From NCBI GenBank assembly GCA_041946735.1, contig JBHGAY010000003.1:128001-192000 (forward strand): DNA of 64,000 bases, given 5' to 3'. Each line of letters opens with the position of its first letter. Within the stretch, counting starts at the first letter, position 1. Below, piece after piece: positions 1 to 10,900 of this stretch. Below the pieces are notes generated by a model. It saw nothing but the letters and a program-made list of their open reading frames with translations. It had not been told where the DNA came from and did no database searches. The translations under genes and the position numbers were made by a program. Source of the DNA: Candidatus Eiseniibacteriota bacterium. Its GTDB lineage: Bacteria; Eisenbacteria; RBG-16-71-46; CAIMUX01; VGJL01.

Positions 1-2
1 CC

Positions 3-128
3 CGCCTCATCGGGCGGACGATGACATTGGAACAGGCGATCGCGTATGTCCAGCGCGGCGTGGCAGCCGCACCTTCGGCAAGCAGGAGAGTGAAGCGCCA
101 AGCCAGGAAGAAAGACGGCCCTCGCTGA
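3..128 (+). CDS. 3' end of a truncated CDS, probably an ATPase/TPR-type regulator
   Basis: Open frame from the window edge, RLIGRTMTLEQAIAYVQR...stop. GRxMTLEQAIAY resembles the C-terminal helix of ATPase-TPR regulators. Confidence 0.45.
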   Translation, partial: RLIGRTMTLEQAIAYVQRGVAAAPSASRRVKRQARKKDGPR

Positions 129-327
129 GGCATCGCTCACCTCACCCGGCCAGATTGGCGCTCCGTTGCAGCTCACTTCGCCGCGCCATGCAAGGACTCC
201 GCCGGTGGGAAGCATCCGGCGGGGTCGCATCGGAGATCGAACCGTCCTGTGCCCTGCCGTCATGTTTCAGCGGGCTCGGCGCGGCCGGCGGGTGCTCTGC
301 GTCGGCCAAGCCTGGAGGTGGCTTTCG

Positions 328-981
328 ATGATCTCCGTGTGGATCGAGCCGTTCGGCGAGACCTGGTATGCGGTGGCCCACCACGGTCGCCGCCTGGTGG
401 CCACCGCCACCGGCCTCGACGCATCGCGAGCCGAACGATCCTTGCGCCTCTCCCTACCCGGAGGCGCTCCTTGCGAGAGGACGATGGAGGGTTCGGAATA
501 CTGGGAGTACGCGCGTGGCGTGACGCGCATGCTCGCGCGGCTCGAAGCCGGGGATGTCGAGTTCGCTGCGTTCGAACTCTGTCCGGACTGCGTTCACGAG
601 CCGGTCGCCTCCGTCGCGCGCGTGGCTTCTGCGATCCCTCGCGGTTTCGTCGCCACCTACGGCGGGATCGCGGTGGCGGCCGGCACAGAAGCCCGCGTGG
701 TCGGCCGCATCATGGCGACCAATCCCCTCTATCCGATCATTCCCTGCCACCGCGTGGTCGGGGCGGACCTCGCGCTCGTCGGATACAACGGCAGACAGGA
801 TCGGCCGGCCCTGCGAGCGAAACTGGAGCGGCTTCGCGCCGAGGCGAAGGGATTCACGAAGCATCGGACGATCCCAGCGCTGATCGGCGGCGCCGACCTC
901 GACCTCTATCCCGTCGAAGCCGTACTCGAGAAAGCGAGCCGCGAGGATCCTCGCGACGGGGGACAGCAATCGTTGTGGTGA
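328..981 (+). CDS. ogt: Methylated-DNA-[protein]-cysteine S-methyltransferase (MGMT family)
   Basis: IPRGxVATYGxIA...ARVVG...NP...IIPCHRVV active-site motif; GGAGGT RBS before ATG 328. Confidence 0.9.
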   Translation: MISVWIEPFGETWYAVAHHGRRLVATATGLDASRAERSLRLSLPGGAPCERTMEGSEYWEYARGVTRMLARLEAGDVEFAAFELCPDCVHEPVASVARVASAIPRGFVATYGGIAVAAGTEARVVGRIMATNPLYPIIPCHRVVGADLALVGYNGRQDRPALRAKLERLRAEAKGFTKHRTIPALIGGADLDLYPVEAVLEKASREDPRDGGQQSLW

Positions 982-1235
982 AGGGCACAAGCGTGCGGTA
1001 GCTGGCCCTTTTCAGGATGGAGGGCCGCCGTGGCCGTCCCCATCAGGCCCGCCCGCTTGAAGCGACCCAATTGGGCAGCTATACTCGTTCCTCGGCGCTT
1101 CGGGCACCGGGCGCGCGAGAGCTCTTTCCTCTCTCGTGCCCTCGGAAGTGTTGCAGGCCAAACTTGCAGGCCCTTTTCTGGCCTCTCCGCACGGTGAGCG
1201 AAGGACTTCCTCGGCTTCTGACTGGGAGGTGCCGC

Positions 1236-1916
1236 ATGAACAAGTCGCTCTTCATCGAGTCGCTCTGCCTCCTTGGCGTCATCTCGTTCTGCGCGGCCGT
1301 CGCCGGGCCGGCCTTGGCGGGCGCTACTCGAGCCACGATCCCGGACGGCGCGGTAATCGTTTCCCCGCACGATGGCCAGTCGCGGGTGCCGTGTGACGTC
1401 GAGATCCGTTACGACGACGGAGAGGACGACTCCCCGGATTCCGGGCCGGTGCTCGGCTGGTCCAGCGAGACCGAGTATCAGTACCTGGGGGTGATCTTCA
1501 CCGCACCGGTGGGCGAGGACTTCCTGGTGCAGAGCGCGAGCTGGTACTCCGACTTCTGGGTGTTCGAAGGCGACGTCGACGTGACCGCCTACGAGATCAA
1601 CGATCCGGCGAACACCGCGACCGAAACGCTCTACATCGATGCCGGTGGGACGTATGCGGTCGAGTTCTCGACCCCGATCTGCGTTCCGGGTGGGACGGAC
1701 TACGTCGTGATGCTCTGTCCCGGTCACTGGGTGGAAGGCGTGCTTGGAGAGGACTGGGACGAGCCGGACTACCGGTCCTACTTCTCCAGGACGACCTGCG
1801 ATCCGTTGGTCAACTACGGGCCGTCCGACTTCATGCTCTGGTCGTGCGTGACTCCCTGCGGGCCGACATCGGTCCGGTCGGGGAGCTGGGGAAGGATCCG
1901 GACGATGTTCCGCTGA
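1236..1916 (+). CDS. Secreted protein with C-terminal WG..R motif
   Basis: GGAGGT RBS, signal peptide MNKSLF..ALA, YDDG-type beta domain, ends PTSVRSGSWGRIRTMFR. Confidence 0.8.
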   Translation: MNKSLFIESLCLLGVISFCAAVAGPALAGATRATIPDGAVIVSPHDGQSRVPCDVEIRYDDGEDDSPDSGPVLGWSSETEYQYLGVIFTAPVGEDFLVQSASWYSDFWVFEGDVDVTAYEINDPANTATETLYIDAGGTYAVEFSTPICVPGGTDYVVMLCPGHWVEGVLGEDWDEPDYRSYFSRTTCDPLVNYGPSDFMLWSCVTPCGPTSVRSGSWGRIRTMFR

Positions 1917-1981
1917 TCTTCCGCGGCCGGTCGATCGACGATGCGCGTGATCAGGGAAGAAACACGCAACGGGGGTATTTG

Positions 1982-3466
1982 ATGCAATCCAACCGGAGTC
2001 GAGCGTTCTGGCCGCTGTTCTTGTACATTGTCTTGATCTGTGCGTGCGCGCCGGCGGCATTCGCTCAGGACCCGGGATCCGGCCCATTCGAGATACGGAC
2101 CGACGTGCCCTGCCTCACCAACGCGCAACGAGAAGCGATCGTGGCGGAGATCTCCCGCAGCGAGGCGATGCTGCAACGCGCGGGCCTTCTCCTTCCCGCC
2201 GATCCGCTTCGTGTCGTTTCCTTCGACTGGCCATTGAGTCCCTGGAACGGACTTTCCGACTACGGCTATCACGGTATCTCGGCGCTGGTCGATCACGATC
2301 CTTCCTATCCGGATCACCTCCGGGATTACGAGTGCGGCACGCGGACGTACGACCAGGCGAATGGCTACAACCACCGGGGGACAGACTTTTTCACCTGGCC
2401 CTTCTCCTGGTACAAGATGGACCACGACCAGGTGGCGGTCGTGGCGGCGGCGCCCGGTCAGATCACCCTGAAGTCGGACGGCCACTACGATCGCAACTGC
2501 GGCACCGGCGCCGACGTCTGGAACGCCGTCTATGTGCGCCATGCCGACGGGTCGACGGCCTGGTACGGGCACATGAAGAACGGTTCGCTCACCTCGAAGC
2601 CGGTCGGCGCGCTCGTCGAAGCGGGAGAATACCTCGGGATCGTGGGCAGCTCCGGCAATTCCACCGGGCCGCACCTCCATCTCGAGGTATACGACGCCGG
2701 GGGACACCTGATCGATCCATGGGCCGGCCCGTGCAACGGGACGATCGAGCAATCGTGGTGGACGGACCAGCGCCCGTACTACGACTCCGCCGTCAACGCC
2801 GTCCTGACGCACTGGATGCCCCCGTCCTTCCCCCCCTGCCCGCAGACCGAGGATCCGCGAACGAGCGACGTCTTCTCGCCGGGCGCCGTCGTCTACTTCG
2901 CGGCCTACTATCGCGATCAGCTCCAAGGGCAGCTGAGCGAGTACACCGTCCGGCGTCCGGATGGGATGCCGCAGTACCACTGGACGCATAGCAGCCCGGC
3001 TCCGTACTACGCGGCGTCCTATTGGTACTGGAACCGCGTGATTCCTTCGGGCGCTCCTCTCGGGGTGTGGACATTCGAGGTCGTGTTCGAGGGCGAGACG
3101 TACACCCACTCCTTCGTCGTCGGCACCGAGGCGGACGTCAATGCAGGCGAGCTCGCCGGCGCCGGCGTTCCCTGGATCCATCTCCAAGCCTTCCCCAATC
3201 CTTTCGAGGGGGAGACGAAGGTGAGTTGGGATCGAGCTGCTGGCGACGGCGAAAGGGCCGGCGCTCGCGCGGGCGGTCGGACCGTCCTCGCAATCCACGA
3301 CGCTTCGGGCCGCCGCGTGCGCGTGTGGGCCCTGTCTCCCGGAGCCCAGTCGTTCTTCTGGAACGGAGAGGACGAGTCGGGGCGCAGACTCCCGCCCGGG
3401 ATCTACGTGGCTCGGCTGGACGCGGGCGGCGCGACGGGGACGTTGAAGCTGATCGTGTCGCGATGA
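1982..3466 (+). CDS. Secreted M23-family metallopeptidase with FlgD-Ig/T9SS-like C-terminal domain
   Basis: Signal peptide; HRGTD (HxxxD), YGHM and GPHLH motifs; C-terminal FPNPF...WNGEDESGRRLPPGIY. Confidence 0.88.
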   Translation: MQSNRSRAFWPLFLYIVLICACAPAAFAQDPGSGPFEIRTDVPCLTNAQREAIVAEISRSEAMLQRAGLLLPADPLRVVSFDWPLSPWNGLSDYGYHGISALVDHDPSYPDHLRDYECGTRTYDQANGYNHRGTDFFTWPFSWYKMDHDQVAVVAAAPGQITLKSDGHYDRNCGTGADVWNAVYVRHADGSTAWYGHMKNGSLTSKPVGALVEAGEYLGIVGSSGNSTGPHLHLEVYDAGGHLIDPWAGPCNGTIEQSWWTDQRPYYDSAVNAVLTHWMPPSFPPCPQTEDPRTSDVFSPGAVVYFAAYYRDQLQGQLSEYTVRRPDGMPQYHWTHSSPAPYYAASYWYWNRVIPSGAPLGVWTFEVVFEGETYTHSFVVGTEADVNAGELAGAGVPWIHLQAFPNPFEGETKVSWDRAAGDGERAGARAGGRTVLAIHDASGRRVRVWALSPGAQSFFWNGEDESGRRLPPGIYVARLDAGGATGTLKLIVSR

Positions 3467-3536
3467 CTGCCGGGATGGGGAAGTAGCACCGAAGATCCGC
3501 GGCGAAGGGGTCGCGCCGAGGATTCCGGGCGGACTC

Positions 3537-5534
3537 CTATACCTGCAGGTGACGGCTGCCCGGCCCGGTCAGGAACTCCAGGGGGCCGAGGTACTCGCTA
3601 CGCGGGTAGACATGGAAGCGTGCTCGGTCTTCCGCGTCCTCGTGGATCAGAATCCGCAGCCGGCCGCGCTTGAGCTTGCTCCATCGAATGCCGTCGACGG
3701 TCTCGCGAGGAAGGAGCTGGCGTGCGGCGACCGGCATCGATTCATAGTAGCGAAGCGCCCGGACGATGCTCTCCACCTTGATGACCGTCTCGATCCCTTC
3801 TTCCCGGAAGTGCGTGGCGAAGCGGCCCACGTTCTCGGGGTCGGCGCTTCCGAGCGGGACGCCGGGATCGGAGGGACGTTGGGGGTCGCGGATGAATGAC
3901 CAGGAGACCGGCGCCGTTCCCTCGATCTCCTCCATCGCGGCCGCTTTCGCCGCCGCTGCGACCGCCGCCCGCTCCCGCGCCGCGGCGCGCGCTGCCGTCG
4001 CTGCCGCCACTGCCGCCGCACGCTCCCGCTCCTCCTCCTCGGCTTCCACCTCCTCCGGCGTCTTCGGTGGAGCGGGACGCGCCGCGCCGGCGCCTCCCTC
4101 CGCGATCTGCTCGAGCGCGGCTTCCCGCATCGCGACCGCGATCTCATGGGCATGCGGGAAGACGAATTCACTGCACATCCGGCGCAGGTCGTCCTTTTGC
4201 GCATCGCTCATCTCTTCCAGCCGGATGAGGTAGCGCGCAGCCGCGTCCCGGATGCGGCCCGCGCTTGCCATGAGCGGCTCGGGACACCGGGCGGCATCGG
4301 GCGAGGAGAGATCGCCGTATGGCGCGGGGCCCGCCTCGAGGATCTCGTCGATGGGCGTCGACTCGGCGACGAGCCAGGGGGCGATCCGGCGCGCGAGGAG
4401 CGACCGCGCCCTCGCTGCTGCGGGCGGCACCGGGACGCGATGCAACTGGCGCGGTCCATGGATAAGCCGATCGACGAGCTGCGAGGCCCAGGGAGCGATC
4501 GAGCCGCGCGCGTCGATCCCTCCGGAGACGAGCAGCAGTCCGCGCAGCACGAGGAACCAGAATTCCGGCTCCCAAAGCATCGGAAGGACGATCGGTTCCC
4601 AGTCCTTTTCGTCCTTCAGCACGTCCCGTTCCACCCGATCCGGCCCCACCTGAGCGTAGCTGGCGTCGAGCTCGCGAAACCGGAGGGTCAGGAGAGTGAC
4701 CAGGAAGCGAGTGTGCGGGTCTTGGCGCTTCTCGAGGACGTCCGTGGCTTCACCGAGAAGCACCCCCGCCGTCATGCGGGCCCTCTGGTAGAACGCGATC
4801 GACTCGCGACCCGCTTTCTCGAGCCGTCGATCGAGATCGGCGAGCTTGTCCCGCTCTTCCCGCACCCGTTGAGCGAGCAGGTCCCGCGACTTGCCAGCCG
4901 GCCGGCAAAGGGAATCGAGGAGACCGAAGTCCGGCTTCCCCTCGAGATCGAGGATCTCATCGTCGTAGGGGCTCGGATGGAAGATCGCCAGGCGCCAGTC
5001 GTCCGGGTGGGTCTTGAAGTACTCGGATACGAACTGGAACATCGCCGCCTGATGCGGATGTTTTCGCATTTCGGACGTCGCCAGATCGCCGATGCTCTCG
5101 CGGACGGCGGAAGCCAACTTCTCACGAAGGATGTCCCAGAGCCCCGGCTCCTCGTAGAGCCGCGTCAACTCCTTCTTCCCTGGCAACGAGCGGAAGACGT
5201 CCCGGATCTGCTTGTACAGGTAAAGCCAACCCAGCGTCGCTTCGAGCGGATCGACACCGGCGCGCCGAGCCTCCTCGGGAAGGTCCTGGAATGTTTCGAG
5301 CGCCGCCAGACAACGCCGCGAGAGGAGCCATTCCACGGACAGCTCCTCCGTGTAGTCGACCAGCAGGCGTCCCTTGCGCATGATTTCCTGATGCTTGCGG
5401 CTCGAGTGGAAGAGCTCGACATTGCGGAGGGCGGAGAAGTAGGCATCGACGCATTCGACGACGGCGACCGGGTCCTGCTGAAGCAGGGACGGCCAGATTC
5501 GGGGAGGCGGAAATTGGAATCTGTCTTTGCGCAT
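3537..5534 (-). CDS. Hypothetical 665-aa helical protein with possible C-terminal RelE/ParE-like domain
   Basis: Long ORF with coding-like composition, 23 bp downstream of the TonB receptor gene; Ala/Glu linker, then KLKRGRLRILIHE...FHVYPRSEY. Confidence 0.7.
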   Translation of the reverse strand: MRKDRFQFPPPRIWPSLLQQDPVAVVECVDAYFSALRNVELFHSSRKHQEIMRKGRLLVDYTEELSVEWLLSRRCLAALETFQDLPEEARRAGVDPLEATLGWLYLYKQIRDVFRSLPGKKELTRLYEEPGLWDILREKLASAVRESIGDLATSEMRKHPHQAAMFQFVSEYFKTHPDDWRLAIFHPSPYDDEILDLEGKPDFGLLDSLCRPAGKSRDLLAQRVREERDKLADLDRRLEKAGRESIAFYQRARMTAGVLLGEATDVLEKRQDPHTRFLVTLLTLRFRELDASYAQVGPDRVERDVLKDEKDWEPIVLPMLWEPEFWFLVLRGLLLVSGGIDARGSIAPWASQLVDRLIHGPRQLHRVPVPPAAARARSLLARRIAPWLVAESTPIDEILEAGPAPYGDLSSPDAARCPEPLMASAGRIRDAAARYLIRLEEMSDAQKDDLRRMCSEFVFPHAHEIAVAMREAALEQIAEGGAGAARPAPPKTPEEVEAEEEERERAAAVAAATAARAAARERAAVAAAAKAAAMEEIEGTAPVSWSFIRDPQRPSDPGVPLGSADPENVGRFATHFREEGIETVIKVESIVRALRYYESMPVAARQLLPRETVDGIRWSKLKRGRLRILIHEDAEDRARFHVYPRSEYLGPLEFLTGPGSRHLQV

Positions 5535-5557
5535 GGCCTGCTCGTGTGCGCTACCAA

Positions 5558-7990
5558 TCAGTACCGGTACGCCACCGTCACTCCGATCCGCCTCGGCGGG
5601 CCGAGATAGGCCTGCTCGCCTCCGCGGTACTCGTAGGCGGAGATCACGTAGCGGCGGTCCAGAAGGTTCTTCGCCCAGAGGTAGACCTCGGCCGTCCTTC
5701 CGGAGATCCCGACCCTTCCGCCGACGAGCTGGCGCGCTGCGCTCCTGTAGAGATTCATATGCGACATGTAGTACGGATCGATGTACTGATAGTCGGCCGC
5801 GACGATCGCCTTGAGGTCACGCCCTAGCAGGCGCGCCGGCATCAAGTACTTCGCGGAGATCGCGGTCGTGAAGCGAGGCGTGAACTGGAGGTCGTTGCCG
5901 GCGTAGTCGTACACGACATCGATGCCGTCCTTGGTCTCGTGGAACTCGAACTCCTCGAACTTCGCCTCGAGCAACCCGAGGTTTCCGGAAAGCGTCAGTC
6001 CGGCGAGTGGAACGGCGTTCACCTCCATCTCGAGCCCCTTGCTGGTAGTCCTTCCCGCGTTCGTGATCGTCTGGAGCGGGCTCGACAGGTCGCCGACGGT
6101 CAAGACCTGCTGTTGTCGCCAGTCGATGTAGAAGGCATTCGCGTTCAGCCGGAGGGTGTTCTCGAGGAAGGACGACTTCCAGCCGACCTCGTAGTTCCAC
6201 GCGAACTCCGGGCCGTAGTACGCGATCGGCTTGTCCGTGCTGTTGAAATCGCCGCCATGCGTTCCCCGGGAAGCCGATGCGTAGACCATGTCCGTTTCGT
6301 CAAGGCGGTAGGAAAGCGCGAACCTGGGTGTCACGAAGTCGAAGTCCTTGGTCTGCTTGCGGCGGCTCACGCCGTCGAAGGGTGGCGGAGCCGGCTCTCC
6401 GTTATACAGATAGCGCGTCTCGTTGTCGATCTCGATCGTCTGTCTCTCGATGCGAGCGCCTGAGGTGAATTCGAGTCTCTCGAAGAGCGTGTACGTGCCC
6501 TGGGCGAATCCCGCCAGCCCCTGCGTCGTCAGGTCGCCGGTCGTCGCCTGGTAGATCGGCCAGATCGGCACGTGATTCGCGCGCGCCCACATCTCCCCGA
6601 GGATCGCGCTGAAATCCTGGTCCTCGAGATCGTTCGAGTAGAAGGCGCCCGCCATCCACCGGAGGCGTGAAGGCCTAGCTGGGAACTGGCATCGAACCTC
6701 CTGCGACCAGCCTCGGTAGGGCGTATTCGAGAGGAGACCGATCAAATCGAGCGGGGAGAAGTCGGCATCGTAAAGCCAGTTCATCCCTGACGTATTCTGA
6801 TAGGCGGTCGTCGACAGGAGGTCGATGCCGGCCCCCTTGTACCTTAGCTTCAACGAGGCGATCGAGTTGTGCTTGTGGATCTTCGAGTCGACGTCCGTCG
6901 CGAACCGGTACGGGTCCTCCATTGCAGCGGCCGGGTCGGTCGCGAACGGCCAGATGCTTTCCTCGATCTGCTCATTGTTGGCGAAGATCTCGGCGCTGAA
7001 GGACTCCGACGGGAAGAAGCGGAGGTCGAGGGTCCCGCCACGCCCCTTGCTCCAGCCGGCGTTCTTATCCAGGTATGTGTTGGTGTAGTAGCCGTCCCGG
7101 TTCGCATCGTAGACGGAAGCGCGAAGGAAGAGCCGGTGCCGGACCAACGGCGCGGAGACGCCGAGCGAAACCTTGGAAGCGTCGTAGTTCCCGTACTCCA
7201 TGCCCACAGAGAGTCGCGTCCGATCGCTCGGCTTCTGCGAGACGATGTTGACCACGCCGGCCAGTGAGTTCCGACCGTACAGCATGCCTTGCGGGCCTCG
7301 AACGATCTCGATGCGGTCGACGTCGTTCAAGTACATCGGATTCAGGCCGTAGCCATAGATCGGCACGCCGTCGTAGTAGAAGAGGCTCGTCGCCTCGAAC
7401 GGGGTCGCGGGCACAATCCCGCGGATGCTGACGAAGTCGGTCATGTGCGATCCAGTGTCCGCAATGATCGAGTTTGGCGAGAGGCCGGAGACGTCGGTGC
7501 GGTCGCGGATCGACAAGTCGCCGATCTTCTCCGCGGTGATCGCGCTGACAGCGACCGGAACCGTCTGCAGGTTCTGCTGGACCCTTGCTGCCGTGACGAC
7601 GATCTCCTGGAGGTTCACTGGCACGCGGTTCAAGGTGAAGTCGATTGCCAGGGTATCGGACCCCGCAGGAACCGTCATTTCCCGCCGGACCGGCTCGGCT
7701 CCGATCATTGAGACGATGACGAGATAATCCCCAGCGCGGATATTCGCGATGAAGTAGTGCCCCGATGCGTCGGTCAGAACTCCCATTGCAGTCCCATCGA
7801 GATACACCGACGCTCCCTGGGCCGGCTCTCCCTTCGAGTCCGTCACTCTGCCGCCAACCCCTGCGCCCCACGCGGGTGCCGCCGCGTACAGGACAAGGAC
7901 CAGGAGAAAAGCGGCAGTCACAGCCCGGATCAGAACGCGCACCCCAGCCCCGGTCTTGGGATCCATGGCGACTCTGAGCTTCGGCTTCAT
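5558..7990 (-). CDS. TonB-dependent receptor with N-terminal carboxypeptidase-like regulatory domain
   Basis: GRVTDSKGEP domain, EIVVTA TonB-box region, plug motif IEIVRGPQGMLYGRN, C-terminal ..PRRIGVTVAYRY; ATG overlaps the kinase stop (TGATG). Confidence 0.92.
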   Translation of the reverse strand: MKPKLRVAMDPKTGAGVRVLIRAVTAAFLLVLVLYAAAPAWGAGVGGRVTDSKGEPAQGASVYLDGTAMGVLTDASGHYFIANIRAGDYLVIVSMIGAEPVRREMTVPAGSDTLAIDFTLNRVPVNLQEIVVTAARVQQNLQTVPVAVSAITAEKIGDLSIRDRTDVSGLSPNSIIADTGSHMTDFVSIRGIVPATPFEATSLFYYDGVPIYGYGLNPMYLNDVDRIEIVRGPQGMLYGRNSLAGVVNIVSQKPSDRTRLSVGMEYGNYDASKVSLGVSAPLVRHRLFLRASVYDANRDGYYTNTYLDKNAGWSKGRGGTLDLRFFPSESFSAEIFANNEQIEESIWPFATDPAAAMEDPYRFATDVDSKIHKHNSIASLKLRYKGAGIDLLSTTAYQNTSGMNWLYDADFSPLDLIGLLSNTPYRGWSQEVRCQFPARPSRLRWMAGAFYSNDLEDQDFSAILGEMWARANHVPIWPIYQATTGDLTTQGLAGFAQGTYTLFERLEFTSGARIERQTIEIDNETRYLYNGEPAPPPFDGVSRRKQTKDFDFVTPRFALSYRLDETDMVYASASRGTHGGDFNSTDKPIAYYGPEFAWNYEVGWKSSFLENTLRLNANAFYIDWRQQQVLTVGDLSSPLQTITNAGRTTSKGLEMEVNAVPLAGLTLSGNLGLLEAKFEEFEFHETKDGIDVVYDYAGNDLQFTPRFTTAISAKYLMPARLLGRDLKAIVAADYQYIDPYYMSHMNLYRSAARQLVGGRVGISGRTAEVYLWAKNLLDRRYVISAYEYRGGEQAYLGPPRRIGVTVAYRY

Positions 7991-10900
7991 CAGCTCCTCC
8001 TCACCTGGCGATCTCCGTCTTGATCGCTCCTCCCTCCCGCCGTGCGATCGAGAGGAGCGAATCGGCAACTGCCGGCCGCGGTGAACGAGCCCTTGCTGGG
8101 TGTGATGCTGGTGTTTCCCGGCCTGTTCCCCCAGCACTTCACCTCGAATCGTCCGTCGACTCCCTCGAATCGTCCGGTCCCCTCGACCGCAGTGGAGAAC
8201 GCCCGGCTCTCGTAATGGTCTGGCGTCATCAGCGTCATCTCGCCTGTATACGCCAGCCGGATCTGCGCTCCATCCCTGGCGGTGCAGGTTCCCACGCCCT
8301 CGGAGAAGTGGCCGGTCGCCATGTTGTAGCGATGGCTTATCTCGACGGTGCACGGACCGAAGTACGTCGCGTGCCCCTCGAACCTGCCGGTCGAGATGAG
8401 CTCGTCCTCCGTCACAGGCACGCTCGAGAACGCTCCCTCCCCATACACGAACCACGGCAGGGTCAGCGAGGCGAGCCACTCCCGCCCGCGCGAAAGGAAT
8501 GCCACCGATTCGTCACGGGCTCCGATCCGCGCGAGATGATGCCCGAGAGAGATGAGCACCTGCGCCTCGAGCTGCGGATCCCCCGCGTCCTTTGAAACAT
8601 CGAGCGCCTCATCGAGCGCCGCGCGTTCGCGGTCCGGGTGCTGCAACAGGTCGAGCCGCTCCGCCTTGCGCAGCAGGATCTCGATCCGGCGGGCTCCGGA
8701 AAGGAGCCCGCGACAGCCCAAGGCCATCTCGATCAGATCGAGCGCCCTCTCGCTCGAGAAGCTCTGCTCCAGACGCCTCAGCGCGGGCTCCAGATGCGGC
8801 AAGGCTCGTTCGCCGCGCCCTCCCTTCAGGAAGTGCTCGCAGACCGCAGTCACGTCTTCGGAACCGCGGATCTCCAGCGCTTCCCCGATCGATGCGTGGT
8901 ACGCCTGTCGCAACGGTTGCGAGAGACTGCCGTAGAGCGCCTCCTGCACCTGATGGTGATCGAAGACGTAGTTCGAGCCCGAAGAGCGAACGAGCCGGTG
9001 ATGCCGCTCGATCTGCGACAACAGCTTCAGGACGGCGAGCGTGGGGAGTCCCGTCGCCTCTGCGACGAGCAACGGGTCGAACGAGAACCCGCAGCAACTC
9101 GCCGTGTCCAGCAGGTCCCGCTCCTGCTCGGAGAGGCTCGATACCCGTGCTTTCACCAGGTCGAGCACCGAGGAGGGGATCTCGATCTTCTGGATCTTCT
9201 TCGAGATCACCCAGGTGCCGTCAGGAAGCATCCTCAGGTACTGCCCCTCCCGCAGGTCCCGTACAATCTCGAACGCGAAGAACGGGTTGCCGTCCGACTT
9301 CGCCGCGATCTTGTACGCCAGCTCCTCCGCGAGCGATTCCGAGCGGAACGCGTCGACCAGCAGCCTCGTCAGGTCCTTCGGCCCGAGCCGGGAGAGGGCC
9401 ATCGACCGGGCGTGTTCGAGCCGCTCGATGCTTGCACGCCAGCTCTCCGGGACTCCTGGACGGGACGTGCCGATCAGAAGGACCCGATCCTCCGGGATGG
9501 CGAGCGCGAGCGACGCGAACATCGCGCGCCCCTCCTCGGGAGCGAAGTGCAGGTCCTCGATCAAGACCACCGTCGGCCGCTCGGCTGCGAGCGCCCGGGT
9601 CGCCTGGACGAACGCCGTCTGCATGGAGTCCTTGGTCAGCGGCTCCTTCCCCTCGGGTGTCGGCTCCCCCTTGAGGAGAGCGGCGAAGGCAGACGCCAGC
9701 GAGGGCGTGAGCGAGAGGTAGCCTCGGATCCTCTCTTCCAGCCCCTCGGATCCGAACTGCTCCCGGTAGGCCGTGGACCATGCGCCCGAAACCGTTGCCG
9801 CCCCGCCGGGCGGATAGCTGCCAAAGAGGAAGTTCAAGTCCTCGCCGGCGGAGTCCAGCTCTCCGATGAACTCGTCGATCAGCCGGGTCTTCCCGATCCC
9901 CGCCTCTCCTTCGACTAGGAGGACCTGGCCGTGGGCGGCCTTGACGTCCGCGAAGATGACGCGCAGTCGCGCGAGATCATCCTCCCGGCCATAGATCGCC
10001 GTCTCCCGCGGCATCCGGACCCGCCGGAGCGGTCGCTTTGTCTCGATCCGGATCGCCTGCGCCCGGGCGTTCCACCATTCGCTCTTGTCGCCGTCCTCGA
10101 GGACGTGGATCAAATCGGTCGCCGACGCGAAGCGATCCTCCTTGTCCTTCGCGATCAGCTTCTGTACGACCTCCTCGAAGAAAGGAGAAAGTTGCGGATT
10201 CAACTGACCGACCCGGCGCGGCGGCTCTTCGAGCACCCGTCTCAGGACGACGCGAGGATCCCCGTCTCGATATGGATGTCTTGCCGTCGAAAGCTCGTAG
10301 AGGATGATGCCGAGGGCGTAGAGGTCCGCTCGGCCGTCGATGTCCGGACCGTCCGAGCGGAACTGCTCGGGCGCGGCGTACTCAACCGTCCCGATGAAGC
10401 TCCCCGTCTGGCTGAGGCGCGCGGTCTGTTCCGTAGGCCGTGCCACTCCGAGGTCCATCACCTTGACCGCGTGGTCCGCCGTGATGAGGATGTTGTCCGG
10501 TTTCAAATCCCGATGCACGACTCCGGCGGCATGGATCGCCGCGAGCCCCCTCGCAATCTCACGGCCGAGGTGACGGCACAGTTCCTCCGGAACGCGATCC
10601 AGCTCTTGGAGGAGAGACCGCAGCGTCTGCCCCTCGACGTATTCCATCACCAGGAAGTTGAGCTGACGACCCTCGTGCACAATCGCATCGCAATCGATGC
10701 AGCGGACGACGTTGGGATGGCGGACCGACTTGCCGATCTCCGCCTCGCGCAGGAAGCGCTTGAAGAAGCCGGCCTTCTCGAGCAGGTGGGGATGGATGAT
10801 TTTCAGAGCGACAGTCGTGCCTGCGGCGAGCCCGGGCGCTTTGCCAACGACCTCGGCCCGGTAGACCTTTCCCATCCCGCCGGAGCCCAACTCATCACCG

